A DNA stretch of 64,000 bases from an uncultured Alphaproteobacteria bacterium (lineage in GTDB: Bacteria; Pseudomonadota; Alphaproteobacteria; Rs-D84), in contig CAKQSE010000004.1 of the NCBI GenBank assembly GCA_934272785.1, positions 10,634 to 74,633 on the forward strand. Reading direction: 5' to 3'. A program made the position numbers and the translations under genes. Of this stretch, positions 11,963 to 22,179 are shown in pieces. The notes under the pieces are model-generated. The model was not told the origin of the DNA. It did no database searches and saw only the letters and a list, made by a program, of their open reading frames with translations. Each line of letters begins with the position of its first letter. Position 1 is the stretch's first letter.

Positions 11963-12724
11963 TCAGAATTTTACAGAAAAACCGACACCCAATTTCCAAT
12001 AATTATCATAGTTCATCAAATTGTTATCGGCGTCCCTGGTTTCAAAATGATATTTAACATATGGATTTATTGACGCGGCGGTGGACAGATTATACACAAC
12101 CTGGGCACTGATGGCGCGATTGTATATTGTCTTGGGTCGCGAAATTTGCAGAAATGCGTAATCCAATTCCAAAATCACAGCAACATCGTCCAAGAAGTAA
12201 TACATAACCTGGGGCGAAATTTTAATATTCCAGAAATTTCCACCACCGTCCTTGACAAACTGGGGCGACAATTTGACCGACCATTGCGCGCGACGCCACC
12301 GCACACCATGCAATCGCATATCCAGCGTCACGTTATTTCGCCCATACCGCGCACCATTGTCGGCACGCCGGGTCCACGCCGGACCGTATGCCAGGCCGAC
12401 CTCGAACTTTAATGGCGGGGTTGTCCATATTTTATACAGCACGCCAATTTGCGTATCGGAATAATCGTTGTCCGTGCTGAATTGCACCGTGAAATTGTCA
12501 TCAGGACTGTAATCTAATGTCAAACTGGTGTTATGTATGCGACCGGCCGAAAAATCCGTCTGGGAATGTCCATCGCGCGTGCGCCCCGTGACAAATGCCA
12601 CGCCAAAATGTGCCGAAAATTCACCGGGGTGCACAATACGACTGACGTCGCCAATGTCGGCGCGCGCCGCGCCCACACCGACGCCAATCATTATTATAAA
12701 AAGCCAGCGCACCCGGACCATCAT
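11963..12724 (-). CDS. outer-membrane beta-barrel protein (porin-like, uncharacterised)
   Basis: Signal peptide MMVRVRWLFIIMIGVGVGAARA, alternating beta-strand pattern, and a C-terminal ...GVGFSVKF ending in Phe. Confidence 0.7.
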   Translation of the reverse strand: MMVRVRWLFIIMIGVGVGAARADIGDVSRIVHPGEFSAHFGVAFVTGRTRDGHSQTDFSAGRIHNTSLTLDYSPDDNFTVQFSTDNDYSDTQIGVLYKIWTTPPLKFEVGLAYGPAWTRRADNGARYGRNNVTLDMRLHGVRWRRAQWSVKLSPQFVKDGGGNFWNIKISPQVMYYFLDDVAVILELDYAFLQISRPKTIYNRAISAQVVYNLSTAASINPYVKYHFETRDADNNLMNYDNYWKLGVGFSVKF

Positions 12725-12774
12725 TTATCCCCCAGGTTACCGTCCGCGCCACAATCGTACAACAGGACGAAATT

Positions 12775-12808
12775 CAAAACAAAGGCCCGCGCAATTTGCG
12801 CGGGCCAA
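12775..12808 (-). terminator. Rho-independent terminator downstream of the 12830 OMP gene
   Basis: Hairpin GGCCCGCGCA-ATTT-GCGCGGGCC (12784-12806), followed on the minus strand by TTTGTTTTG. Confidence 0.6.
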
Positions 12809-12829
12809 TGCCTTTCTCTAATTAAATCA

Positions 12830-13594
12830 TTAGAACTGGATACCGAATTTGCCGCCAAAGCCAAAGCCGTCGTCAAATTCCCAATCGCCAGTTGCATGAC
12901 GCAATGTTGTGGAAACATATGCACCAACGAATTTGTTCGCGTCGATGTTATAGTTCACACCCAATTTGCCGTCCCATGTGCCAGCATTGTCGAATTCATC
13001 ATCGGTGTATCCGGTGTATTCTGCACCAGCATACAATGCCCAGTCAGGTGTCAAGGACAAGAATCCATCGATACCCGCCTTTAACTGGTGAACACCTTCG
13101 TCGTTCCAGTTGAACGATTCTGTGTTGCCATATGTAAATGCAAAGTGACCAGCAACTGTCCACATATCTGTGACATAGCCTGCGCGAACGCCAGCGGTCC
13201 ATGCATAGTCAGTCATATCTTTGTCCAAGAACGGGCTGTGATCACCCCAAACCGGTGTTACAGTGTATGCACCATAAACATCAGCCTTGATATTGCCCAT
13301 GTCCAATGCGCGATAGCTGGCCCCAACGGTCAAATCGCCCCATGTGCTGTGATCAAACCAATCCTGTTCGGCAACGTCTGTCAAAACAGCGACCGACAAT
13401 TTATCGGTTACGCCATAACCAAATCCCTGGCGCAGTGCCCATGTATCTGTGTGTTCAGAATGAGAAGCCACTTCGGTCATGCTGTAAAATTTGCCCTGAT
13501 CTGGACGATACAGCGGATTGTCATTTATCGCTGCAGCGTTCGCAGCAGATACCGCGAAAACAGCCATCAAGGAAGTTAAAGCTAATTTTTTCAT
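12830..13594 (-). CDS. outer-membrane beta-barrel protein (porin-like, uncharacterised)
   Basis: Start set at the ATG at 13594 (MKKLALTSLMAVFAVSAANA signal peptide, AAGGAAAGGA upstream). The C-terminus is ...GGKFGIQF. Confidence 0.72.
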   Translation of the reverse strand: MKKLALTSLMAVFAVSAANAAAINDNPLYRPDQGKFYSMTEVASHSEHTDTWALRQGFGYGVTDKLSVAVLTDVAEQDWFDHSTWGDLTVGASYRALDMGNIKADVYGAYTVTPVWGDHSPFLDKDMTDYAWTAGVRAGYVTDMWTVAGHFAFTYGNTESFNWNDEGVHQLKAGIDGFLSLTPDWALYAGAEYTGYTDDEFDNAGTWDGKLGVNYNIDANKFVGAYVSTTLRHATGDWEFDDGFGFGGKFGIQF

Positions 13595-13849
13595 AATATA
13601 TCCTTTCCTTTTGTTAAAGAACACTAGATTGTTTTCTAGCTGTCCCTATTTTACTGTGAAAAGATACCCATTTTCAACCGCAAAGATTTTTGCAAAAGAT
13701 TCTAAAACATGTTATAATTCGCGCGTTCGCGATTCGGATTTAATTCCCAAAACATATAAAAAACGCCCTGTTTTCCGGGCATTTTTCATTTTCAGACAAA
13801 TTTCACACAAAATCAAAAAACATTAAACTTTTTAACGATTGCCGTATTT

Positions 13850-14863
13850 TTAGTTTTTGTTTCTGGCTTTTTTTATCTCGCGCCAGTCGGCATGATTGCG
13901 CAAGTGTTCTTGGTATGAATTTGAAAACTTGTGTCCGCCGCGTCCATCTGCAACAAAAAACAGATAATTAGTATCCGCCGGACGCAATACCGCACGAATC
14001 GCCGCCTGGCCAACATTGGCAATCGGTGCCGGTGGCAGGCCATCTTTGACATATGTATTATACGGGCTGTCCACGCGCAGATGTCCGCGCAACAGTGGCG
14101 CGCCCTGCATATCACCCAGACCGCCTGTCAGTGCATACACAACCGTCGGATCCGCCTGGAGGCGCATTCCCGACCGCAGGCGATTTAAATACACACTGGC
14201 GACAACCGGCATTTCCGATTCGCGCGGCGTTTCCTTTTGAACAATTGACGCCAGGGTTATCACCTGGTTCCAATCTTTCAGTGGTTTCGGCATAACCCGC
14301 CCCGCCCTGGCCCAGGCGTCCTGGATATCAACCATCTTTTTACGCGCCAATTCCAATAATGCCAGGCGTGACGTCCCACGCGCCACGCGATATGTATCGG
14401 GGAAAATATCGCCATCGTGCAGATTGCACACCGGGGCCGTTTTCCCAGGGGCGCATTCCACGTCGCCCGTCAATGCCGCACTGGTCAATAATAATTGTTT
14501 CGTCTGTTTTATGGTCAGCCCTTCGGGAATAACAACAACGGTTGTTGCGATATCACCACGCGCCAACATACGCGCCACACGCCACACACTGGCCCCGCGC
14601 GGGATATCATAGACCCCACTTTGAATTTTACCGCCATGCGCGCGCACCGCAAATTTAAACAGGTCTGGCGACGAAATTAAATCATTTGCGGCCAGCGCAC
14701 CGGCAACCGATGCAACCGACGCACCACGTGACAACGTGAACGTTGTATTTTCACGAATTGGCGATTGAATACCAAACGCATATATCACACCGACCAGCCC
14801 CATTGCAATCACCGCACCGGCCAACCGTATCAATTTTTTATCACAAGATTTTTTTCGACGCAT
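13850..14863 (-). CDS. mltG: endolytic murein transglycosylase MltG (YceG-like)
   Basis: 337 aa with an N-terminal TM helix and YceG-type motifs (VYLNRL..MRLQADPTV, YNTY...GLPP.PI.N, YLFFVADGRGGHKFS). Confidence 0.85.
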   Translation of the reverse strand: MRRKKSCDKKLIRLAGAVIAMGLVGVIYAFGIQSPIRENTTFTLSRGASVASVAGALAANDLISSPDLFKFAVRAHGGKIQSGVYDIPRGASVWRVARMLARGDIATTVVVIPEGLTIKQTKQLLLTSAALTGDVECAPGKTAPVCNLHDGDIFPDTYRVARGTSRLALLELARKKMVDIQDAWARAGRVMPKPLKDWNQVITLASIVQKETPRESEMPVVASVYLNRLRSGMRLQADPTVVYALTGGLGDMQGAPLLRGHLRVDSPYNTYVKDGLPPAPIANVGQAAIRAVLRPADTNYLFFVADGRGGHKFSNSYQEHLRNHADWREIKKARNKN

Positions 14864-14917
14864 AATAAGGTATTATTACAGATAAAAAATCAATTGCCAC
14901 TGATTTAATTTTTTTGG

Positions 14918-15155
14918 CTTTCCTCGCTGGAGCATCCACGCTGCGCGCACAATAAAAAAAACACAGCTAACGCGGTATTTTTCTATTGTGGTCGGAGTGA
15001 CTGGGTTGCGCTGCGCGCGACCTTGGCTCGTTCACTGACGTTCACCGGCATACTGCCGTCTGCCTCTCGCCTGCGGTTCGAACCGCTTTCCTCGCTGGTT
15101 CGAACCCACGCTGCGCGCACAATAAAAAACACCGCTGACGCGGTATTTTTTATTG

Positions 15156-15174
<19 letters not shown>
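14918..15174. repeat. about 90-bp direct repeat pair; the distal copy carries a duplicate of the tRNA-Pro 3' end
   Basis: Copy 1 (14918-15007) and copy 2 (15086-15174) share CTTTCCTCGCTGG...CCACGCTGCGCGCACAATAAAAAA..ACGCGGTATTTTT.TATTGTGGTCGGAGTGACTGGGTT. The last 19 nt (14989-15007) equal the 3' end of the tRNA gene including CCA. Confidence 0.85.
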
Positions 15175-15232
<58 letters not shown>

Positions 15233-15372
15233 AAAACTGGCTGCAATTTTCTATGCGGGTTGGATTATGCAACGCGCGGAATAAAAAATCAACTGTTTTT
15301 ATTTTTTCTTTACACTTGTAAATGTCATTTTTTTTGCCATATTTTATCAGACACATAATGAAAGGAATAAAT

Positions 15373-17064
15373 ATGTTTGCATTACGTTTTTTGTCAAAAG
15401 ATAAATTTGACAATTATGATGATTATCGCAAAAATGCCACGGTTCGTGTGCCTGATAAATTTAATTTCGCATATGATGTTATCGACGTCCTGGCCAACGA
15501 AGAACCAGATCACGTCGCCCTGTTGTGGACCGATGACAGTGGTGAAAAAAAGAAATTTACATATCACGACCTGTCGCTGATGTCTAATTCGGTGGCAAAT
15601 TTCTTGGCCGCACGTGGATTAAAGAAAGGCGACACGGCCCTGTTGTTTATGCGCCGCCGTTGGGAATATTGGATTTTGATGATGGCAATGCACAAATTGG
15701 GCGCGATTCCAATTCCATCAACCAACCAATTAAAATCCGAAGATATTAAATACCGTATCGACACCGCCGGCATCCAGGCAATTATCGCATTTGATGATGG
15801 CACGGTGATGAACGAAATTAAAACCGCCATTGGTGACAGCGCGATTCAATTGATTTCAAACACTGAAATTGCGCGCGCGATTGACGAAATGCCAACAATC
15901 TTTGAACGCGTCCCGAACGAAAATTCTGATACCATGGTGATTTATTTCACCAGTGGCACAACCGATTTACCCAAAATGGTTGCGCACGATTTTACATACC
16001 CATTGGGACATATCAACACCGCAATATTTTGGCAACGCCTGCGCGATGGGGATATCCATCTGACGGTGTCAGAATCCGGCTGGGCAAAATGTTCATGGGG
16101 CAAAATGTATGGCCAATGGATGGCGGGCGCAACCGTGTTCGTGTATGACTTTGCAGGAATTGCAACCGCGCACGATTTGCTGACCGCGATGGCCGAAAAC
16201 CACGTGACGTCGTTCTGTGCACCACCGACGGCATACAAAATGCTGATACATGGCGATTTGTCTAAATATGATTTGTCCGCCCTGACCAAGGTTGACATCG
16301 CGGGCGAGGCATTAAATCCCGAGGTGTATGATCGCTTTCTGGCCCAGACAGGCATCAAATTACGCGAAGGGTTCGGTCAAACCGAAACATGTGTAATGCT
16401 GTTCACGAACGAGTGGATTGAGCCACGCCCGGGCAGTATGGGTATGCCGGCGGCCGGTTGGGATGTGGAATTACTGGACGAACGCGGTCGCCCGGTCCCA
16501 GATGACACAGTTGGCGAAATTTGCATTTCACTGAAAAATGGTCGCCCGGTCGGCCTGTTCCAGGGCTATCACAATGCCGAAAAATTGACGGCAAGCGTTT
16601 TCCGCGACGGATACTATCACACCGGCGACGTTGCATATCGTGACGCCGATGGATATTACTGGTTCGTGGGCCGTAATGACGACCTGATTAAAACATCGGG
16701 TTATCGTGTCAGCCCGTTCGAGGTGGAAAGTGTTCTGATTGAACATCCCGCCGTGCGCGAATGTGCCGTTACCGGTATCCCCGACGCGTCGCGTGGCATG
16801 GCTGTCAAGGCGACAATCGTGCTGAACAAATATTTTCAACCGACCGAATTTCTAAAGGGTCAATTGCAGCAACATGTTCGTAATCGCACAGCGCATTACA
16901 AATGCCCCCGCATGATTGAATTCGTGGACAGCCTGCCCATGACAATCAGTGGGAAAATACGTCGTGCCCTGATACGAACAATTGACAGCACGAAAAGCAC
17001 CATCATCGATCCAATTAAAACCACCATCGGTTTTGGCAAGGACGATGACAAGGACAAAAAATAA
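15373..17064 (+). CDS. AMP-forming acyl-CoA synthetase/ligase (medium-chain acyl-CoA or acetyl-CoA synthetase-like)
   Basis: Adenylate-forming motifs are present: YFTSGTTDLPKMV, GYYHTGDVAYRDADGYYWFVGRNDDLIKTSGYRV, and GKIRR near the C-terminus. Start chosen at ATG 15373, preceded by AAAGGAA; the upstream in-frame starts at 15322 and 15358 remain possible. Confidence 0.8.
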   Translation: MFALRFLSKDKFDNYDDYRKNATVRVPDKFNFAYDVIDVLANEEPDHVALLWTDDSGEKKKFTYHDLSLMSNSVANFLAARGLKKGDTALLFMRRRWEYWILMMAMHKLGAIPIPSTNQLKSEDIKYRIDTAGIQAIIAFDDGTVMNEIKTAIGDSAIQLISNTEIARAIDEMPTIFERVPNENSDTMVIYFTSGTTDLPKMVAHDFTYPLGHINTAIFWQRLRDGDIHLTVSESGWAKCSWGKMYGQWMAGATVFVYDFAGIATAHDLLTAMAENHVTSFCAPPTAYKMLIHGDLSKYDLSALTKVDIAGEALNPEVYDRFLAQTGIKLREGFGQTETCVMLFTNEWIEPRPGSMGMPAAGWDVELLDERGRPVPDDTVGEICISLKNGRPVGLFQGYHNAEKLTASVFRDGYYHTGDVAYRDADGYYWFVGRNDDLIKTSGYRVSPFEVESVLIEHPAVRECAVTGIPDASRGMAVKATIVLNKYFQPTEFLKGQLQQHVRNRTAHYKCPRMIEFVDSLPMTISGKIRRALIRTIDSTKSTIIDPIKTTIGFGKDDDKDKK

Positions 17065-17065
17065 T

Positions 17066-17092
17066 AAAAAACGCCCAAACGGGCGTTTTTTA
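17066..17092 (+). terminator. Rho-independent terminator
   Basis: AAAAAACGCCC-AAAC-GGGCGTTTTTT lies immediately after the stop codon. Confidence 0.75.
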
Positions 17093-17328
17093 TTGGCGAC
17101 AAAAATCCATTATGATATAATTCGCATGTGTGGCGTGTTGCCGCACTGGGTTTAAGCACCCATCAGAAAGCGTCAGCGATGACGAAAAAAATCGCCAGCC
17201 CAAGTGATTGGGGTTGGGGTGTGTCGAATATATTGAATAAGACACGCAATCCTTTCTGATTGTGCTTAAACTCCAACCCACCAATTTTTTTGGTGGCATT
17301 TTGTTTATACAACCAAGGGGGAACACAA

Positions 17329-18339
17329 ATGAAAAAAATACTTACCGTGCTGTTTGCACTGATACTGGCCGCATGCGACCGCCCAATCGCCACAACGGTG
17401 TTGCGACCCGATGCTGAGTTTGGGGAAATGACCGGACCAATCACACTGCGCATATATGATGTTGATAATGTTGTCGCAACCATACACGGCCAAGATATAA
17501 AATTAGTTTCCCAGGGGATAATAAATGACGACAACGATGCAATCCAAACAGAATTAGCATGGGATTGCACATACGGTGACCAAACATTTACAATCCATGG
17601 AATATATGACACCGAAAATAAAACTGTGCATTTTAAATATATTACATATATGGTGGATTCTGACACCACACGGTATAATTACCCAAAAACATTTGCCGCA
17701 GTAGATTTCAAAGACGGCGTTCCTGCCCGTCGCGCCGGTGACATTACGAACAATTGTGACGCGGCAATGAAAAAATGCGATAACGGGCAAGAAATTTATC
17801 TAAGTTGTCCAGACGGTCATGATGGTGCATACGAATATATAACACTGGTCAAATGCCCCGATAAAAGCAATATAATATGCGTGGACAATGGAATATCAAC
17901 GCCACAAACAACATCTGCCGTTACTGACCGAGATCCAGATTCCCTCGGCGGCGTACTGTATTCTGGTAAAAATGGCATCACTGTTAAATACGATCCGTTA
18001 TCTGATACATATTGGACCCACGGTCCCAGTGCATCGGATTTCGATGTCAAATGCATTCAGACAATTAAACTGGAACAACATAAAATCTGTGCCCGTCACA
18101 TAAACAGCATTACCATACGGCTGGCCGGCGGCATATCCGTCGTATTATTTGGCGAACGAACTAACCAGGCGCAAAGTGTATATTTTTCGCCCCTAAGCCA
18201 GGAACAGGCGCTGAGCATCACACCAAATTGGGACTATGCAAACATCAAACACTATAAATATGGCACAGAACCCCACGAGGCAGACGCGTGCGACGTGCTG
18301 CAAAAATTGGAACAATTCCGTTCAAACGTCAACAAATAA
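17329..18339 (+). CDS. Cys-rich lipoprotein, function unknown
   Basis: ATG at 17329 after AAGGGGGAA. The lipobox is MKKILTVLFALILAAC. I recognise no family. Confidence 0.6.
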   Translation: MKKILTVLFALILAACDRPIATTVLRPDAEFGEMTGPITLRIYDVDNVVATIHGQDIKLVSQGIINDDNDAIQTELAWDCTYGDQTFTIHGIYDTENKTVHFKYITYMVDSDTTRYNYPKTFAAVDFKDGVPARRAGDITNNCDAAMKKCDNGQEIYLSCPDGHDGAYEYITLVKCPDKSNIICVDNGISTPQTTSAVTDRDPDSLGGVLYSGKNGITVKYDPLSDTYWTHGPSASDFDVKCIQTIKLEQHKICARHINSITIRLAGGISVVLFGERTNQAQSVYFSPLSQEQALSITPNWDYANIKHYKYGTEPHEADACDVLQKLEQFRSNVNK

Positions 18340-18364
18340 AAAACGCCCGTTCGGGCGTTTTTTA
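18338..18364. terminator. bidirectional Rho-independent terminator between convergent genes
   Basis: AAAAAACGCCCG-TTC-GGGCGTTTTTT has an A-run on one side and a T-run on the other. Confidence 0.75.
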
Positions 18365-18580
18365 GTTTGCTTTTTTACTGCGGACGTCACTCCATGTCTT
18401 GCCAGCAATTTTGTTTGGTATCAGTTCAAAAAAGCCCCAAATATAAATCACCAGTGCAATAATCAACACATCAATGCCGGACATAGAAAAATCGCCGAAT
18501 GCGTTCTTTATCAGTTCCCCAACTAATAAAAACACAAAAAGCAACAACCACGTCAATATTGATTTGACTGACTTACTCAT
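18362..18580 (-). CDS. small membrane protein, unknown (two predicted TM helices)
   Basis: 72-aa ORF with hydrophobic stretches ILTWLLLFVFLLVG and VLIIALVIYIWGFF. No homology recognised. Confidence 0.4.
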   Translation of the reverse strand: MSKSVKSILTWLLLFVFLLVGELIKNAFGDFSMSGIDVLIIALVIYIWGFFELIPNKIAGKTWSDVRSKKAN

Positions 18581-18593
18581 ATGCCACCGCCTT

Positions 18594-19844
18594 TTACTTT
18601 ACACGTTTCAAGACCAATGATGCATTTGTTCCGCCAAATCCGAAACTGTTGCTGATGGCAACATCAACCTTGCGCTTTTTCGCGACATTTGGCACCAGGT
18701 CAAAGTCGCCAACGGCGTCTTCTGGATTTTCCAGATTGATTGTTGGTGGCACAACACCGTCACGTATGGCCAGTGTGCAGAATATCGCCTCAACCGCGCC
18801 GGCGGCACCCAACAGGTGTCCCGTCACAGACTTGGTCGATGACATTGATACCGGCGCATCACCAAACAGGTTTTTAACCGCTGTCAATTCACCAATATCG
18901 CCCAGGCCCGTTGACGTGCCGTGTGCGTTGACATAGTCAACATCCGATGGTTGCAATCCCGCATCGCGTAATGCCGCACGCATCGCGCGCAGGCCGCCCT
19001 CGCCCCCTTCGGCGGGCGCGGTGATATGATACGCGTCACCCGACAGGCCGTATCCAGCAACCTCGGCATAAATTTTTGCACCACGTGCGACGGCGTGTTC
19101 GTATTCTTCCAAAATCAAGATACCTGCACCTTCGGACATAACGAAACCATCGCGGTCTTTGTCCCACGGACGTGATGCCGCGGTCGGATTATCGTTGCGT
19201 GTGGACAGTGCCTTCATCGCGTTAAATCCCGCAATGCCGATTACGTCAATTGCGCCCTCGGTCCCGCCGGCAACCATAATGTCGGCGTCCCCATGTTCGA
19301 TTAAACGTGCGGCCTCGCCAATGGAATGGGCACCAGTTGCGCATGCGGTCACAATCGCCAGGTTTGGTCCCTTTAATCCATACTTGATAGAAATGTGACC
19401 CGCCGTCATATTGATAATAGATTTCGGAATAAAGAACGGGCTGATACGACGTGGACCGCCATTATACAATTCAATACAATTTTCATAAATAGATGTCAGT
19501 CCGCCAATACCCGCACCAACCGACACGCCAAAGCGTTCCTTGTCACCATCATAATCAATCAGACCCGCGTCACGCAATGCCTCGTCTGCGGCGACAACAC
19601 CGTATGCAATCGACTTGTCCATTTTGCGCAATTCTTTTGGGTTCAATACGGCCTCGGGATTATATTGGCCAGGTTCGGTCCCATGAATTGGTAATCCGGC
19701 AATCTGGGTTGCCAGCATTGACGCATCAAACGTATCAATTTTACGAATCCCAGAATTTCCCGCGACAACATTTTTCCACGCATACTCAACGCCCGTGCCG
19801 CACGGTGATACAATACCCATACCGGTAATAACGACTCTTCTCAT
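18594..19844 (-). CDS. fabF: 3-oxoacyl-ACP synthase II
   Basis: 416 aa with the active-site region ACATGAHSIGEA, HGTSTGLGD and NSFGFGGTNASLV. Confidence 0.93.
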   Translation of the reverse strand: MRRVVITGMGIVSPCGTGVEYAWKNVVAGNSGIRKIDTFDASMLATQIAGLPIHGTEPGQYNPEAVLNPKELRKMDKSIAYGVVAADEALRDAGLIDYDGDKERFGVSVGAGIGGLTSIYENCIELYNGGPRRISPFFIPKSIINMTAGHISIKYGLKGPNLAIVTACATGAHSIGEAARLIEHGDADIMVAGGTEGAIDVIGIAGFNAMKALSTRNDNPTAASRPWDKDRDGFVMSEGAGILILEEYEHAVARGAKIYAEVAGYGLSGDAYHITAPAEGGEGGLRAMRAALRDAGLQPSDVDYVNAHGTSTGLGDIGELTAVKNLFGDAPVSMSSTKSVTGHLLGAAGAVEAIFCTLAIRDGVVPPTINLENPEDAVGDFDLVPNVAKKRKVDVAISNSFGFGGTNASLVLKRVK

Positions 19845-19968
19845 ATAATTTTTCCTTTGTCATGATTTAACACACGCATATGATAAACCCTTTGTCCGGT
19901 AAAATACAGAAAAAAAATCCGCCGCCGGGTCATACCCGTGCGACGGACATTTTTTATGAAACGCCGGA

Positions 19969-20202
19969 TTATTTCTGGTGCGCTTCAATGTACTTGACAG
20001 CATCACCAACTGTGTTCAGCTTTGCAGCTTCTTCGTCAGGAATTGTGATATCGAATTCTTTTTCAACTTCCATAACGAATTCTACAACATCCAAAGAATC
20101 AGCACCCAAATCGTTGACGAATGTAGAAGCTTCTGTGATTGTGTCTTCTTTGACATTCAATTTTTCAGCTACGATTTTTTTTACTTTTTCAAAAGTTGTC
20201 AT
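19969..20202 (-). CDS. acpP: acyl carrier protein
   Basis: 77 aa with the [17 protein letters not shown] phosphopantetheine-attachment motif. Lies upstream of fabF. Confidence 0.95.
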   Translation of the reverse strand: MTTFEKVKKIVAEKLNVKEDTITEASTFVNDLGADSLDVVEFVMEVEKEFDITIPDEEAAKLNTVGDAVKYIEAHQK

Positions 20203-20336
20203 TTTTTATCCTTTGTTTCGGTTAAATTTGTGGCCCAATATGGGACGTCATTATTCAACGCTATCATTTTATGGCATTGGTGTCAAGAATTTATAACAAA
20301 CGATAACAAAGGCTTGACATTTTACCTATTATATGT

Positions 20337-21332
20337 TTAGGCCATTATTTCGTTCAGTAATGAATTCATATTCGCACGAATATCCTCGCGATCGGGGGCC
20401 CACACCAAGCGGCGCATTAAAAATTTATGTACATCGTCCATCGTCAGCGTCGGTATTCCCGCCGCCACCGCAACCGCACGCCACGCGCGACGCGGATCGG
20501 TCAAATGCCCACGGCCACGCCCCGGGAAAACCCAGCGACCATTTTGCGGCAAATCCTGTAACAGCACAACCGCCTGGTCTGACAATGGCATATCGTTCCA
20601 CATATAATGATTGAAATCCAGGTCACGCCACTGCATCGAAAACACGCGCGATTTTGGCGCAAACCCATACACCAACATTAAAAATGCGGCACGCAGACTA
20701 GCTGATTTTTCCGCGTTTATCGCGTCCATCAATCGATGAAACACAAATCTGTTCAGCGGTCGCACACGACGATTTTGCACAACCTTGGGCAAATCAGAAA
20801 TTATATTTTCCGCGTATCCGTTTTCGGCGGCATATGCGAACATGCTCTGTAATAATTCTTGCATGCGACCACGTATTGCGACGCCATCGATATTTGATAT
20901 CACGTGTTCACAATCCGCACGCGTAATGTCGGACATATTTTTATCGGTCAATTCCCCCAGATGGCGCGTTATCGCACGACGCAATTTTTCACGCGACGCC
21001 GGCACGCGACGCACGCGATTCGTCATATACAAATCAACAAATTTTGAAAATTTAATCTTGCGACGACGGGTCGGCACCGGTGCATCGGCACGCGCCAGAA
21101 TTTCAGACACGGCACTGCGCGCATCTTCGATATCCATATCTGGATACTTTCCGATGATAAAGCGGCGATCACGCCCGCGCACACGATGACGAACAAAGAA
21201 CGTCTTGACCCCACGGCTGGTCACATACATGCGCAAACGCGGTTCTGATAAATCCTGGACCACATCAAAACCCGCACTGGGGGCCGGCAGGTTGTCCAAT
21301 ATGAACGGATTAAAAAAGAACTGGTGCGCCAT
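20337..21332 (-). CDS. P4/DUF4102-type tyrosine recombinase homologue, probably catalytically degenerate or truncated
   Basis: The N-terminal arm-binding pattern (LRMYVTSRGVKTFFVRHRVRGRDRRFIIGKYPDMDIEDAR) and a core-binding region are recognisable. The first catalytic Arg box reads YGFAPKS rather than TG.R..E. The protein ends at 331 aa with no LxH...Y nucleophile segment. Confidence 0.6.
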   Translation of the reverse strand: MAHQFFFNPFILDNLPAPSAGFDVVQDLSEPRLRMYVTSRGVKTFFVRHRVRGRDRRFIIGKYPDMDIEDARSAVSEILARADAPVPTRRRKIKFSKFVDLYMTNRVRRVPASREKLRRAITRHLGELTDKNMSDITRADCEHVISNIDGVAIRGRMQELLQSMFAYAAENGYAENIISDLPKVVQNRRVRPLNRFVFHRLMDAINAEKSASLRAAFLMLVYGFAPKSRVFSMQWRDLDFNHYMWNDMPLSDQAVVLLQDLPQNGRWVFPGRGRGHLTDPRRAWRAVAVAAGIPTLTMDDVHKFLMRRLVWAPDREDIRANMNSLLNEIMA

Positions 21333-21356
21333 GGTGTGTGCCCCCGCGTTAGTTGA

Positions 21357-21773
21357 TTATTTTACATTTGCGTATTTCTGGGTCCAAAAGGTATCACGTT
21401 TTTTACGCCAAAAATCCAAAATTTTTTTCTGGTAAAAATAGCCCACGTTTTGACCATGATTTTTGCAACTGTCAAAATTGCAACAACCTTTTTTACTCAA
21501 GAAACAACAATCTTTGTGTCGTGTCAGTGGTGCAGAACGCAGTCCCATAATTGCCCCCGCCATTGGCGATTGATATGTGTATTCAACAATGCACGCCCAT
21601 GTGTTGTCGGCCGTTTCTTTGTCATCAACCACCGCAGTCATCGCATCGCGCGCATCTTTCAAATCTGCCACCGCGTCATCATAATGATTCAAGACCGCCT
21701 GGTAATCCAATCTGTCATGCGCACGCTGGGCCGCAGATGTCTTTAAATAATATTTCAACTTCTGTATCAACAT
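21357..21773 (-). CDS. Cys-rich family protein, paralogue 1 (unknown function)
   Basis: N-terminus MLIQKLKYYLKTSAAQRAHDR. Cys module CCFLSKKGCCNFDSCKNHGQNVGYFY...FW. The ATG lies 1 nt after the stop of the previous paralogue. Confidence 0.7.
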   Translation of the reverse strand: MLIQKLKYYLKTSAAQRAHDRLDYQAVLNHYDDAVADLKDARDAMTAVVDDKETADNTWACIVEYTYQSPMAGAIMGLRSAPLTRHKDCCFLSKKGCCNFDSCKNHGQNVGYFYQKKILDFWRKKRDTFWTQKYANVK

Positions 21774-21774
21774 T

Positions 21775-22167
21775 TTATCTTACCTTGCTGTATATATTTT
21801 CCCAAAATATTGCTTTTTTATTCAGTGCCAATTCGCACACAGTATACAATTGTGCGCATTCATTATTCGCGGCACGCAACGGGCAATCCTGCTGCTTACA
21901 CGGAACACCATGAATAAAGTGCGGGCATGTGTGTGTTGTTGTGTATTTAACACCTGGCACCTTTTCCAGAATCTTAAACTTTACACAACCCGATACGTCC
22001 GCCGGGTCTTCGTAATAATCCAAATCAACGCTAATCCGATTTAATGCACGGGCATATTTATTTTTTGCAACACCATATTTCATACACAGCGCGCGATATT
22101 CGCCCGCGTTCTGGCGTCTAACGCCTGCTGGCGTTTTCAGCCAATACTTTATTTTTTTAATGTTCAT
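21775..22167 (-). CDS. Cys-rich family protein, paralogue 2 (unknown function)
   Basis: N-terminus MNIKKIKYWLKTPAGVRRQN. Cys module CPHFIHGVPCKQQDCPL...FW. AAGGAT RBS. Confidence 0.7.
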   Translation of the reverse strand: MNIKKIKYWLKTPAGVRRQNAGEYRALCMKYGVAKNKYARALNRISVDLDYYEDPADVSGCVKFKILEKVPGVKYTTTHTCPHFIHGVPCKQQDCPLRAANNECAQLYTVCELALNKKAIFWENIYSKVR

Positions 22168-22179
22168 TTATTTAATCCT

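Noticed and set aside
15322-15372. Longer N-terminus for the acyl-CoA synthetase-like gene (starts at 15322 or 15358)
   Set aside because: The extra residues (MSFFLPYFIRHIMKGIN) have no counterpart in adenylate-forming enzymes. The best SD (AAAGGAA) precedes ATG 15373. Still uncertain, so it is noted in the feature evidence.
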